Source: the human T2T-CHM13v2.0 reference genome, Homo sapiens
Direction: 5' to 3' (one strand)
Assembly (NCBI RefSeq): GCF_009914755.1
Contig: NC_060928.1
DNA: 64,000 bases
Shown: one piece after another, positions 1-13,276 of the stretch
How the letters are laid out: each line of letters begins with the position of its first letter
Position numbering within the stretch: position 1 is the stretch's first letter
The notes under the pieces: model-generated
Seen by the model: only the letters and a program-made list of their open reading frames with translations
The model's database searches: none
Told to the model about the DNA's origin: nothing
Translations under genes and position numbers: made by a program

Positions 1-961
1 TTACATGAAAGTCTATGTGAAGCAGCAAGTCCTAACATAGTTATCCAGAAGATCTAGGTAAGATAATAGATGAAGGTGGCCATACTGAACAACAGACTTT
101 TAGTGTAGATAAAATAGCTTTCTTTAGAAAGAAGATGCCATCTAGGACTTTCAAAGCTAGAGAGGAAAAGTCAATGCCTGGCTTCAAAGCTTCAAACAAC
201 AGGCTAACTTTCTTGTTAGGGGCTAACGCAGGTGACTTTAAGTTAAAGCCAATTATCATTTGGCATTTCAAACCTCTTAGGACCCTGAAGAATTATGCTA
301 AATATACTCTCCCTGTGCTCTATTAATGAAACAACAAAGCCTGGTCTAGAGCACATTTGTTTACAGTATGGTTTACTGAATATTTTATGCCCACTGTTGA
401 GACCTACTGCTCAGATAAAAAGATTCCTTTCAACATATTACTGCTCAATAACAATGCACCTTGTCACTCTAGAGCACTGAAGAGATTAGTCTTATTTTCC
501 TGCCTACTAACCCATGTATTCTGCAGCTCATGGATCAAGGAGTGATTTAAATATTGAGGTCTTATTGTTTAAGAAATTCATTTTGTAAGATTATAGCTGC
601 TATAGCTAGTAATTTTTCTGATGAATCTGGGCAAAGTAAATTGAAAACCTTCTGGAGAGGAATCACTAATCTAGATGTCATTAAGGATATTTGTATTTCA
701 TGGAAGGAGGTTAAAATAGCAACACTAACAGGTGTGTGGAAGAAATTGATTCCAACTCTCATGGATGACTTTGAAGGATTCAAGACTTCAGTTCAGAATG
801 TAATGTTATTGCACACTGAATTGACTAGAGTATGGTGTAGACATAACTTATATATACAATGGGAAAGGAGAAAACAACAACTGTGAGACTTGCATTATTG
901 CAATATTTATTTTATTGCAGTAGTGTGGAACCAAACATGCAGTGACTCTAAAATACACCTG
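1..961 (+). mobile_element. Tigger1 DNA transposon remnant (TcMar-Tigger), internally deleted; runs off the left edge of the window
   Basis: ORF fragments [46 protein letters not shown] and LKTFWRG..WKKLIPTLMDDFEGFKTSV match the Tigger1/TIGD1-type transposase, broken by stops and frameshifts. Near 800 the sequence jumps to the Tigger1 3' end, which finishes in a degenerate TIR ..tacacctg at 961. Confidence 0.9.
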
Positions 962-1014
962 TGTGTGTGTGTGTCTGTGTGTATACACACAGACACACAC
1001 ACACAGACACACAC
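961..1014. repeat. (TG)n/(CA)n microsatellite containing a perfect 44-bp palindrome (962-1005)
   Basis: Read directly; the arms pair around the central GTATAC. Confidence 0.95.
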
Positions 1015-1249
1015 ATTCACATTCTATGATCCAAATCAAATTATTTTGGAGGAGTATGGTGTGAAATAGGAATTGAGATTTTCTTTTTTTGTAGAAGGTC
1101 CAAGAAATTTTTATAAATGTCCTTTATAATACTGAGAAACTTTCATTTTGTTACTTGTGAGAATTGTTAACATAAATAGGTAATTAATTTTGAAAAGTGA
1201 CTTTTTTATCAATTGAAATAATTATTTTACTTTTCTCTTTATTAAATTA

Positions 1250-2640
1250 ATATGAAAAATTACATAGATTGTTTTCTGAATAGTAAACTAACCTAATAAT
1301 CCTGAAATTAAACCTACTTGGCCATGATGTGTTGGCTATTCTTCACATTATCTCTATTAATATTTAATTAAGAAATTTAACACATGTGTCTATGAAGAAT
1401 ACCAGTCTGTAGTTGTCTTTTTTTAATGTTTTGTCAGATTTTGATATCACAGGTTTGCTTATAAAAGATTCAGGAAATATTTTCTTCTCTCCTATTTTGT
1501 GAAAGTGTTGTGTAAGGTTCTTATCACTTTCCCTTAAATACTTGGTTGAAGTCACTGGTAAAAGAATATAAGTTTACTTGTGCTTCCTTCCTTATGTTTT
1601 CCAGTTATTAGTCTCCAATAAACACTTAAAAACTTAACTTTTTTTCAGCATATGCTTCCCATTAAAACCTTAGGCCAACTAATCCAATTTCTGAATAAAT
1701 TATAAGAATATTCATATTTTCTATTTCTTTTACATTTGGATTTTAAAGATGAGAACTCATAAGAATTTGTCATTTTAATCAAAGTGTTTAATATTTTATG
1801 GCTTAATATTGTTAATATTCATAAAATCCCTTCATAAGATCTGTAGTAATACAACGTTTTTAGTATTTCTCACTCTCAATATGTCAATCAGTCTTGCAAG
1901 ATGTCTATCAATTTTGTCTTTATAAACTGTCAACTTTTGATTTAGCTAATTTTCTTCTTATCCTTTGTCTTTATCATTGCTTTTGCTTTATAAACTTATC
2001 TTTATTATTATCATATAACTTCTTTAGGTTTTTAATTTGTTATTCTTTCCTTTATTTTACACAATAGATCACAGTTTATATGCAGTTTAGGATCTATATA
2101 TGCTTGTAAGCAAAACTTTAATTCAGACCAAAAATTTTATATGTCTTGTATTTGTCATCATCCACTTTACAATATCTTCTTGTTTCCTTTGAATTTATCT
2201 CTCTTCCTACCATTTATTTAAAATTTACAAATGTCTAAACACTGAAGCAAAATGCAGTTACACTTTTGCTTTTGTTTACATGTATATTTCTAAATTTCCA
2301 CCTTAGTTACAAAGTAGTCAGAAAAAAATAGTAGTTTCATTGCTTTGAAATTTATTGAGTTACCTCAAGCCAAAGCATATAATCAATCTTGTCAAAGTTT
2401 TCATGTGTATTTGAAAATCATGTGAATTCTGTCATTTCTGGATGAAGTGTTTTAATATATCAGTTGGATCAAATTTGTCATCTTTGTGTTTTAGATCGTA
2501 ATGCATGCACAGAAAATCTTTAACCTCCCTTTAACTTAAATCCTTTATTGACCTAATATTTAATGAAGAACTCATGAAAGCAGCATTCAGTAGCTATAAT
2601 TATTTATCACTTGTTTTTTAAAATGACAATCTGTCCTTCA
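1250..2640 (-). mobile_element. Old, degenerate L1 (L1M) ORF2 fragment
   Basis: ORF 1364-1555 (FHKIGEKKIFPESF..KSDKTLKKDNYRLVFFID..KFLN) resembles L1 ORF2 [33 protein letters not shown]. Boundaries are approximate. Confidence 0.65.
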
Positions 2641-2649
2641 GTCAACTTT

Positions 2650-3880
2650 CTTGCACAGTGCAAGCTATAAGTGGATCTATCATTCTGGGGTCTGGAGGAT
2701 GGTGGGCCTCTTCTCACAGCTCCCCTAGGCAGTGCCCCAGTGGGGACTCTACATGTGGGATTGCACCCCACATTTCCCTTCCAGACTGTCCTAGCAGAGG
2801 TTCTCCATGAGGGTTCCACCCCTGCAGCACATCTCTGCCTGGACATCCAGGCATTTCCATACATCCTCTGAAATCTAGGTGGAGGTTCCCAAACCTCAGT
2901 TCTTGACTTCTATGCATCCACAGGCTTAACACCATGTGGAAGCTCCCAAGGCTTGGGACTCGCACCCTCTGAAGCCACAGCCTGAGCTGTACCTTGGACC
3001 CTTTTAGCCATGGCTGGAGCAGCTGGGATGCAGGGCATCAAGTCCCTAGGCTGCACCAGGGGGGCCCTGGACTCAGCCCACAAAACCATTTATTTCCTCC
3101 TAGGCCTCCAGGCCTGTGATGGGAGGGACTGCCATGAATGTCTCCAACATGCCCTGGAGACGTTTTCCCCATTGTCTTACCATTTATTTCCTCCTAGGCC
3201 TCCAGGCCTGTGATGGGAGGGGCTGCCATGAATGTCTCTGACATGCCCTGGAGACATTTTCCCCATTGTCTTGGTGATTAACATTTGGCTCCTCAATATT
3301 GATGTAAATTTCTGCAGCCAGTTTGAATTTCTCCTCAGAAAATGAGGTTTTCTTTTCCACGGCATCATCAGGCTGTACTTTTTCCAAACTTTTATGCTCT
3401 GTTTCCTATTGAACGCTTTGCTGGTTAGAAATTTCTTCCACCAAATACCCTAACTAATCTCACTGAGTTCAAAGTTCCACAGATCTCTAGGGCAGGAGAT
3501 AAGTGCCACCAGTCTCTTTGCATAACAGGACCTAAGTGCCACCAGTCTCTTTGCATAACAAGAGTGATCTTTAATCCCGTTCCCAACAAGTTCCTCACCT
3601 TTATCTGAGACCACCTCAGCCTGGACTTTACAGTTCATATCACTATCAGCATTTTGATAAAAGCCATTCAATAAGTATCTAGGAAGTTCCAAACGTTCCT
3701 ACCTCTTCCTGTCTTTTGAGCCCTCCAAGTCTCTAAGAAGTTCCAGACTTTCCCACATTCTTCTATCTTCTTCTGAGGCCTCTCAAATGATTCCAACCTC
3801 TGCCTGTTACCTAGTTCCAAAGTCGTTTCTATATTTTCAGGTATCTTTAAAGCAGCACCCACTACCTGGTACCAATTTAC
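2650..3880 (-). mobile_element. THE1 (ERVL-MaLR) internal region, 3'-truncated with no second LTR
   Basis: On the minus strand it begins gtaaattggtaccaggtag.. next to the LTR, typical of THE1-int; MaLR-int ORF remnants are present. Confidence 0.85.
3085..3272. repeat. 94-bp tandem duplication inside THE1-int
   Basis: accatttatttcctcc...ccccattgtctt occurs at 3085-3178 and 3179-3272 with 4 mismatches. Confidence 0.95.
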
Positions 3881-4233
3881 CATATTAGTCCATTCTCATG
3901 CTGCTAATAAAAACACACCAATGACTGGGTAATTTATAAAGGAAAGAAGGTTAATGGACTCACAGTTCTACATGGCTGGGGAGGCCTCACAATCATGGTG
4001 GGAGGCAAAGGAGAAGCAGTTATATCTTACATGGTGACAGGTAAGAGAGCATGTGCACGGAACTCCCATTTGTAAAACTATCAGCTCTCTTGAGACTTAT
4101 TCCCTACCACAAGAACAGTATAAGGAAAACTACCCTCATTATTCAATTATCTCCACCCGGCCCTGCTCTTGACACAGGAGAATTATCACAAGTCAAGGTG
4201 AAATTTGGGTGGGGACATAGCCAAACCATATGA
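3881..4233 (-). mobile_element. THE1 (C/D-like) 5' LTR
   Basis: Termini ..tattagtccattctcatgctgctaataaa and gggtggggacatagccaaaccatatga match a THE1 LTR of about 350 bp. Confidence 0.88.
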
Positions 4234-4391
4234 GGGGGAATACAGGAATCTCAAAATCCTGTATGGAATCCCACCACATCTTTTAATCATCTCTTCTACA
4301 CTGTCTTTCCAATGAACTAAGTCCCTGTAATTGCCATCCTTTTCAAGTGAACAGAGAATTAACTCACAACCAAAGTCAGCGAGTCACAGGT

Positions 4392-4392
4392 T

Positions 4393-4441
<49 letters not shown>
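4392..4441. repeat. (TC)n(TG)n microsatellite
   Basis: Read directly. Confidence 0.95.
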
Positions 4442-4444
<3 letters not shown>

Positions 4445-6355
4445 GACTTAGCAATTATATTTTTGTTCTCCTTCTGTTGGTGTGATCAGTAGCTCAAAAG
4501 CTAGTTACTATCTACTATTACCTGAACACATCTCTGGTTTCCATTGATTTTGTTTCCTCTACATTTGTATTCTCTTCACCTCTGCTACTGTGCATTGTGG
4601 TTTTATACCAGGGACACTGCTATAGCTGATACTTATGTTTAGGTTATGGTGTCAAGTAACACATTCATTTGAGAACACTGGGGCCATGAGACATACTTTT
4701 GGAAAACACCTTGTGCTACCCAAGTTGTATTGAGATACATCTGTTCTCTGTGAGTTATCCCTTCATTGGATGTACTTTTCATGTATCAGACAACTCTCCT
4801 TTGTACTTTTTAGCTTGATTTGTAGAAAATGTTATTTTTTTTATTTTTGCTTAGTTTTAAAAAGTAATGGAATAGAAATACATCTGTTCATCTTTTTTTC
4901 CACATGAAAATTGAGAGCAATTTTAAGCCATGCCACTAAATTTTCTCTGTGCCTAATTCAAAGGGGAAAGGTCTAACTTCTGTTTAGGGAAGAAAAGAAA
5001 AAGAGAGAGAAAAACAGAGAAAGAGACAGAGACAGTATTTTTGTCTGGGCATATTCTTATGAAACAAATGACCCTAGAAGAGTTTCACCTGTGAGTTTTC
5101 ATTTGTTACTAACATCTTGAAGCATAGGTTTAAAAAATTGCAGATGAAACAATTTGGTCAATTACTAGAAGTATGGGGATTTAAAATAAGTCTATATATG
5201 AGAAGATGTAGTATAGAGATAAAAGTTCTAAAATATTTTGATTTGTAAAAAGCATTCCATCCTAAGTGATAAACTACACAAACACAGAAAAGTCATTATG
5301 TATTTTCAGAAACTGGCAGACAGAGACTCATGTCAAACTTGCACTAAATTAAAGCCCACATAAAAGTCTTCAAATCAGTGATCACATCAAAAATTAAATA
5401 AATTGATTTCACAACCTGAACTAACACAGATAACACATCTGGCATCTTGAGAAGCTCCATCAGTATTGCACATGAGACACTTCAAATGTTAGGCAACAAG
5501 ATATATTCCTTAAAGGTGACCAAGGGAACACCAGTCAGAAGGGTATGGCAATTGTCTTAATGGCAATTTAGATTGAAATATGTGCAAGAAATCTAAGATA
5601 TCTATCTAGCAGACTGTCTTTGTAACAGTTTTTCTGGCTCATTCGCTCTTGATTTATTCTAAGGCTTTACTAAAAACAACATGTAGAAATGTGCTGAAAA
5701 ACTGCAAAGAGACATGTAAGTTTGTGTAAGGTAACCACACACTTTTTGATTTAAAATTTTTTCAAAAAAAGTTTCTACATACCCTGCTTTGTTTTAAAAG
5801 ATGCAAAGTGATTGAAAGAGACTTTCAGGGATATATAATACTTAATAAACCAAAAGTAGGATGCAAATGCAAAATAACAAGAATAAAATAAAATAACTGT
5901 AACAGAGGAAGGCTAAGATAGTGAATGTCACAATATTCTATACTTATATATTGCTGTGTATGAGGATGTTCAAAAAATCTAACAAAAATAAGTGAAAAGC
6001 AATTATTGATTAGTGACAGAAATAGAAGGCACAATCTCAAAAATTAATATGTGCAAATAAGGTATATTATGGAAGAAAACCATTTGCCGTATAATTCCTT
6101 GTATCTTGAATGACATCAATAGCTTTTTAATTTTTCAACTCATATCTGCTCCTCCTGCATCTCCAAGCCCGTTCTCACGATTAAAAGTTTATCTTTATTG
6201 GTCTGATTAATAGATATCCTCTCTGATAACTGAAGAGATTCATTGTTAGAGTAGATGTTATGTTTCTTGTTCATCTTTATATTCTAAGCTGGCAACACTG
6301 TTCCTGGCTTATGGCAAATGTGTTGAATAGAAGAAACTATTAATACCTGCTCTCC

Positions 6356-6467
6356 AAAATTAGCTGGGTGTGGTAGTGCATGCCTGCAATCCCAGTTACT
6401 CCCAATACAGTGAGACTCCGTCTCAAAACAATGACAATATCAACACACACACACACACACACACACA
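6356..6467 (+). mobile_element. Truncated, internally deleted Alu right-arm fragment with a (CA)n tail
   Basis: aaaattagctgggtgtggtagtgcatgcctgcaatcccagttactc is fused to acagtgagactccgtctcaaaa; flanking repeat cctgctctc on both sides. Confidence 0.8.
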
Positions 6468-7380
6468 AAATCCTGCTCTCTAAATAAAGTTAAATGACTC
6501 ACAAGAATCATGTGAATGAACTTAAATTTAGTATTTAAGACTTCCAGGTAACTATTTCCTTTTATCAAAATACTTCAGATTTTCTCCATGATTTCTAATA
6601 TTACTCCACTGAATGTATTTAATGCTGTTTCTTACATCTGCACAAGCAGGTTCTTACCACTATCATGCCAATCATCTCTCTTTTTCTGGAAAACAAATCA
6701 TATTTTTTCTTAATTTTGTGCATTTGTTTTTTTCTTATTTATATTGTTTTTTTCTACCATGATTAACACAATGTTACATTTACTTAATTTGATAAGATAT
6801 TATTAAATAATATTTCTATAATTTGGATGTATATATACATTTCTGCATTAATATAATACATTCTCATACATTTTATATTATATAAAATTGTGCATGACAG
6901 TAACAAGGCATTCAGAAAAGACAGAATATGAACAAGCCACTAAAAATGTCTGCAACTATGTGACCTGAGCTCTGACTTAAAAAATTACACAAATAAATAT
7001 ATAATACAGTAAATTATAATTTTAAGTAGGTGAAAGGAGTTTGAGGTAAGGAGACATAGGAAAGATTGAATTTGTTTTATTAATTAGAAAACAGATTATT
7101 AAAAGATAAGAGAAAATGGAGTAATGGTTTATTCAATATAGAGGATGTGTTCAAACTGAATCTAAGTATAGCTGATGCTTTAAGTTGTATAAATAAACAC
7201 ATTTTGCATTTAGCTTCTGTTGCTGAAGGTACAGATCATGCCAAGCAACAAAAATGGTCCTGTTCATATCAACATGCAGGCAGTCTCATTGTACCCATAT
7301 CTATGTACATTTTTCATGGTGATAAGAGTTGACTTTAAGCTAGAATGCCAGGTGAGGTATCTCACTAAAGAGAGAATTGG

Positions 7381-7796
<416 letters not shown>

Positions 7797-7904
7797 TCAA
7801 CGTAGAGAAAGCAGAGCTGATGGGGCCAAATAAAATAATAAGATAATTCATCAGCAAGGAAAAGGAAATGAATCCTCAGGAGCGCTATAAAAAGAAGCTA
7901 CTGA

Positions 7905-8427
7905 ATCAACATCCTTGCCAGCGTTCATAATTGCTTGTCTTTTGGATAAAAATCATTTAACTTGGATGACGTGATATTTCATTGCAGTTTTGATTTGTAT
8001 TCTCTGAGCATTTTTTCATATACCTGTTAGCCATTTATATGTCTTCTTCTGAGAAATGTCTATTCAGATCTTTTGCCTATTTTTTAGATTGGATTATTTA
8101 ATGTTTTCCTATTGAGGTGTTTGAGCTGCATACATATTCTGTTTATTAATCCTTTTTCAAATGGATAGTTTGTAAATTCTTTCATTCTGTGGGTTGTCTC
8201 TTCACTTTGTTAATTGTTTCTTTTGCCATGAGAAGCTTTTTACCTTGATGTCTTTCCATTTGTTCATTTTTGCTTTGGTTGCCTATGCTTTTGTTAAGCA
8301 TAAAGGTGTCCACAATAAATCTTTGCCCAGACCAGTGTTTGGAAGTGCTTCTCCAATGTTTTCTTTTAGTGGTTTTATAGTTTGAAGTCTTAGATTCAAG
8401 TCTTTAGTCCATTTTAATTGGAGTTTT
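7905..8427 (-). mobile_element. L1MA ORF2 3' segment; inverted 5' part of a twin-primed insertion
   Basis: The minus strand encodes KWTKDLNLRLQTIKPLKENIGEAL..TGLGKD and ends at ..tggcaaggatgttga. Confidence 0.8.
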
Positions 8428-9015
8428 GAGAAAACCCTTGTATACCCTTGTACTTGGTAAATTAGTAGAGCCACTATGAACAATGGTATGGAGTCCTAAA
8501 AAAACTGGTATATGTCCAAAAAAAGAGGAAATTAATATATTGAGAAAATATCTGTACCCTCATGTAAGCCAGACACAGAAAGGCAATTACCACATGTTCT
8601 CATTCACACATGGAAGCTAAAAGGATAATAATTAAAAACTAAAAATAAACTCATGGAGATAGAGAGTAGAATGATGATTATCAGAGGTTGAAAGGGTAGC
8701 AGGAAGGCAGGAGATCAAGTGGGAATGGTTAGTAGGTACAGGTATATAGAATGAATAAAGTTAGTGTTTGGTAGCATGATAGAGTGACTCTAGTTAACAA
8801 TAATTCATTGTATACTTTCAAATAACTAAAAGAGTGGAATTGGGAAGTTTCTAACACACAAAAAAGATAAATGCTTGAGGTGATGGATACCCCAAGACCC
8901 TAATTTGATCATCACACTTTGTAGGCCTGTATCAAAACATCATCTGTACCCCATAAATATATACAACTATTATGTACCCATAATATTTAAAAAAAAGCAA
9001 TTAATAAAAAAACAG
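8428..9015 (+). mobile_element. L1MA 3' end (3' UTR and A-rich tail)
   Basis: Contains aaagataaatgcttgaggtgatggatacccc..tgtaccccataaatatatacaactattatgtaccc, typical of an L1MA 3' UTR, followed by an A tail. Confidence 0.85.
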
Positions 9016-9259
9016 AAAAAGAAGTGAAAGAATACAGTTAAGGTCAGAAAAGAGAGGGGGAAGAAGCTGAAGCATGCTATCAGAATCTCACTATGTTTTA
9101 GATATATAAGTGCTATATGACTATGTTAACTCTAACAAAATGGATACATATTGTATTCTTGGTTGTGGACACCTTTATTCTTAACAAATCTTTTAAATGC
9201 CTTCCTAAAGTCCTGGGATGTCTACTGTTTTGGGCTGCTTAGCATGCTTTTTTTATTCA

Positions 9260-9825
9260 TCTCCCCAGGAACAGATAATACACCCCTGAATACAGAGGAG
9301 GATGTATGATTCAGTTCTGGCCACGTATTATCCCTGCCCAGAGTTTTACATAGGACGGCTATGTAAAATAATCTTGGCTGGTTACTATTGTTTTCCAGAA
9401 TTGTTCTTATACACTGTAGCAGAGAAAATATTCTTGCTTTTTAAGTTGCAGAGCTAGGATGTGAATATGAAGCTACCCCTTCAGTGATAGCCTCCACTAC
9501 GTGCAAAGAACCTGAGTACATAAGGAAAAAATTAATCTAAACAGTCAAACAGAGATGAGGAGACAGAAAGAAGAAATTGAAGAAAGAAGAAGAGGCAGAG
9601 AAGAAAAAGGAGGAATAAGAGGAGGAGAAGTGGGGAAGGAAAGAAAGACAGGGAGAGACTAAGAAAGATTCAGGCAACACATTTTCTCTCTCCTTATAAG
9701 TTCCAGAGCCAGTAGTTTTTTTCTCTGCCTGGGAAACCATCAGTAGTCTCACAACAAATTATCTTCTTATGCTTAAACTCACTTAATTGGGGTTGATATC
9801 ACTTGACCAAAACACCCTGAATGAG
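9260..9825 (+). mobile_element. Possible ancient MLT1-type LTR with an internal GA-rich low-complexity tract (9540-9670)
   Basis: The 3' end tgcttaaactcacttaattggggttgatatcacttgaccaaaacaccctgaat resembles an MLT1J/K terminus; heavily diverged. Confidence 0.4.
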
Positions 9826-10287
9826 TCCAATGTACCCAACTTAGAAAGTTACTGATTTAGTTTCATGTGTAGGCTCTGGCAATTGGTTACGAAGATTCTT
9901 GTGCCACCAGTAGACAAAACAAAGCAAAAAGAGAGAAGAAAAGAAAAAAGTAACATAGATCTTACCACAGGAAAAGAGGTAGAATATAAATCAGATCCTC
10001 TTAATTAGATTTAAAAAAAATATAAAAGCTTGCCCTCTAGACAAACTAATTCTAAATCTTTTGTGATGGGAAGGAGGTATTTTATAAAGCACATTAAACC
10101 ACTTTTATTTTCTGTCTCATACTCAGCACTCACTAGGCGCCTATCACCTGCCTTGAAAATAATTGCATAATAAAATGTTTCTTTACAGGACTATTCCTAC
10201 CTTTTCATACTTTTTCTATAATGTACTGTGTAATCTAGTAAGAGCTATATTGTTTCAAGATTCAACAAAACAAATTTCTCCAAATAC

Positions 10288-12547
10288 TTTTTTTTATTAT
10301 AGTTTAAGTTCTACGGTACATGTCCACAATGTGCGGGTTTGTTACATATGTAAACGTATGCCATGTGGCTGTGCTGCATCCATTAACTCGTCATTTACAT
10401 TAGGTATATCTCCTAATGCTATCCCTTCCCCCTCCCCCCACCCCACGATAGGCCCTGGTGTGTGATGTTCCCCTTCCTGTGTCCAGGTGTTCTCATTGTT
10501 CAATTCCCACCAATAAGTGAGAACATACGGTGTTTGGTTTTCTGTCCTTGTGATAATTTGCTGAGAATGATGGTTTCCAGCTTCATCCATGTCCCTACAA
10601 AGGACATGAACTCATCATTTTTATGGCTGCATAGTATTCCATGGTGTATATGTGCCACATTTTCTTAATCCGGTCTATCATTGATGGACATTTGTGTTGG
10701 TTCCAAGTCTTTTCTACTGTGAATAGTGCCACAATAAACATATGTGTGCATGTGTCTTTATAGCAGCATGAATTATAATCCTATGGATATACACCCAGTA
10801 ACGGGCTGGCTGGGTCAAATGATATTTCTAGTTCAAGATCCTTGAGAAATCACCACACTGTCTTCCACAATGGTTGAACTAGTTTACAGTCCCACCAACA
10901 GTGTAAAACTGCTCCTATTTCTCCACGTCCTCTCCAGCACCTTTTGTTTCCTGACTTTTTAATGATCGCCATTCTAACTGGTGTGAGATGGTATCTCACT
11001 GTGGTTTTGATTTGCATTTCTCTGATGGCCAGTGATGATGAGCATTTTTTCATGTGTCTTTTGGCTGCATAAATGTCTTCTTTTGAGAAGTATCTGTTCA
11101 TATCCTTCACCCACTTTTTGATGAGGTTGTTTGTTTTTTTCTTGTAAATTTGTTTGAGTTCTTTGTAGATTCTGGATATTAGCCCTTTGTCAGATGAGTA
11201 GATTGCAAAAATTTTCTCCCATTCTGTAGATTACCTGTTCACTCTGATGGTAGTCTCTTTTGCTGTGCAGAAGCTCTTTAGTTTAATGAGATCCCATTTG
11301 TCAATTTTGGCTTTTGTTGACATTGCTTTTGGTGTTTTAGACATGAAGTCCTTGCCCATGCCTATGTCCTGAATGGTACTGCCTAGGTTTTCTTCTAGGG
11401 TTTTTATGATTTTAGGTCTAAGATTTAAGTCTTTAATCCATCTTGAATTAATTTTTGTATAAGGTGTAAGGAAGGGATCCAGTTTCAGCTTTCTACATAA
11501 AGCTAGCCTGTTTTCCCAGCACCATTTATTAAATAGGGAATCCTTTCCCCATTTCTTGTTTTTCTCAGGTTTGTCAAAGATCAGATGGTTGTAGATGTGT
11601 GGTATTATTTCTGAGGGCTGTGTTCTGTTCCATTGGTCTATATCTCTGTTTTGGTACCAGTACCATGCTATTTTGGTTACTGTAGCCTTGTAGTATAGTT
11701 TGAAGTCAGGTAGCGTGATGCCTCCAGATTTGTTCTTTTGGCTAGGATTGTCTTGGCAATGCTGGCTCTTTTCTGGTTCCATATGAACTTTAAAATGTTT
11801 TTTTTCCAATTCTGTGAAGAAAGTCATTGGTAGCTTGGTGGGGATGGCATTGAATCTATAAATTACCTTGGGCAGTATGGCCATTTTCACGATATTGATT
11901 CTTCCTATCCATGAGCATGGAATGTTCTCCCATTTTTTGTGTCCTCTTTTATTTCCTTGAGCAGTGGTTTGTAGTTGTCCTTGAAGAGGTCCTTCACATT
12001 CCTCGTAAGTTGTATTCCTGGGTATTTTATTCTCTTTGAAGCAACTGTGAATGGGAGTTCACTCATGATTTGGCTCTCTCTTTGTCTGTTATTGGTGTAT
12101 AAGAATGCTTGTGATTTTTGCACATTGATTTTGTATCCTGAGACTTTGCTGAAGTTGCCTATCAGCTTATGGAGATTTTGGGCTGAGACGATGGGGTTTT
12201 CTAAATATACAATCATGTAATCTGCAAACAGGGACAATTTGACTTCCTCTTTTCCTAATTGAATACGCTTTATTTCTTTCTCCTGCCTGATTGCCCTGGT
12301 CAGAACTTCCAACACTATGTTGAATAGGAGTGGTGAGAGAGGGCATCCCTGTTTTGTGCCAGTTTTCAAAGGGGATCCTTCCAGTTTTTGCCCATTCAGT
12401 ATGAAATTGGCTGTGGGTTTGTCATAGATAGCTCTTATTATTTTGAGATACGTCCCATCAATACCGAATTTATTGAGAGTTTTTAGCAAGAAGGGATATT
12501 GAATTTTGTCAAAGGCCTTTTCTGCAACTATTGAGATAATCATGTCC
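10288..12547 (-). mobile_element. 5'-truncated L1PA (about L1PA4-5), 2.3 kb of ORF2 3' half plus 3' UTR
   Basis: ORF2 pieces include [34 protein letters not shown] (FADD changed to FADY) and a C-terminal CWWDC motif. Poly-T start; TSD ccaaatac at 10280-10287 and 12548-12555. Confidence 0.95.
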
Positions 12548-13276
12548 CCAAATACATTTTTTAAAAGACTAGGTGAAATACTGAAATAGCATGATTTTAA
12601 AATACACATCCAGGTCTTTGTCTGGCACAATAAACTAACAGACAAAGGATTTAAGTGTAGTAGAAAATCTTATTGTAAATTATTCTAAAAAGTTGTATAA
12701 TTTAGCACAACTAAAATGTCACACTTCCTATGATATACAAATGTGAAACTGTAATAAAATTTAGTTGAGCTTTAATAAATTGTTATAATGTTCCTCCAAA
12801 GTGCCCCACCCCAAATGACTCAATAGTGTAGCTGTAATTTGAAATAAGCATAAAAATCTCTGATTTATATCCATCAACCAAATCACAGACTCCCAGTTCA
12901 TTTCAGAACACTCCTTTTTTCCATATGGGTCCCTGAAGTGTCTCAAAACTGCTAATAAAGGGCAGTTCTCTTCTACTGCTGCTACAAACAATGGGTTGTA
13001 TATCTGGTAATGTCACTGGCTACTGGTTACCATGATTACAACTGCTTCCTACATGAAACTGCTATTGCTAAAAGATTACTTCTATTTATCACTGCATCTC
13101 AGACATGCACAGTTTAATATTTTATCCAAAATTGGACTGAATCTGAAAATTGCTGTAAACTAGGCAGAATCATTAGTAATTGGCATTACCTTGGGATTTA
13201 TGACTTTATCAGTTAAAAAATAGCCTTACAGAATAATTTGGACATTTCCATGTAGGCTGTACTAGATAGATCAAAC

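Noticed and set aside
135-886. Transposase-like ORFs as a domesticated TIGD1-type gene
   Set aside because: Split across frames by stops and internally deleted; an ordinary Tigger1 fossil.
3500-3560. 28-bp direct repeats as a CRISPR-like array
   Set aside because: Only two copies with a 5-nt spacer, inside a MaLR element in primate DNA, with no cas genes.
11231-12645. 219- and 246-aa ORFs as a functional reverse transcriptase gene
   Set aside because: 5'-truncated L1 ORF2 with frameshifts and the FADD motif changed to FADY; the N-terminus of the 246-aa ORF is flanking DNA.
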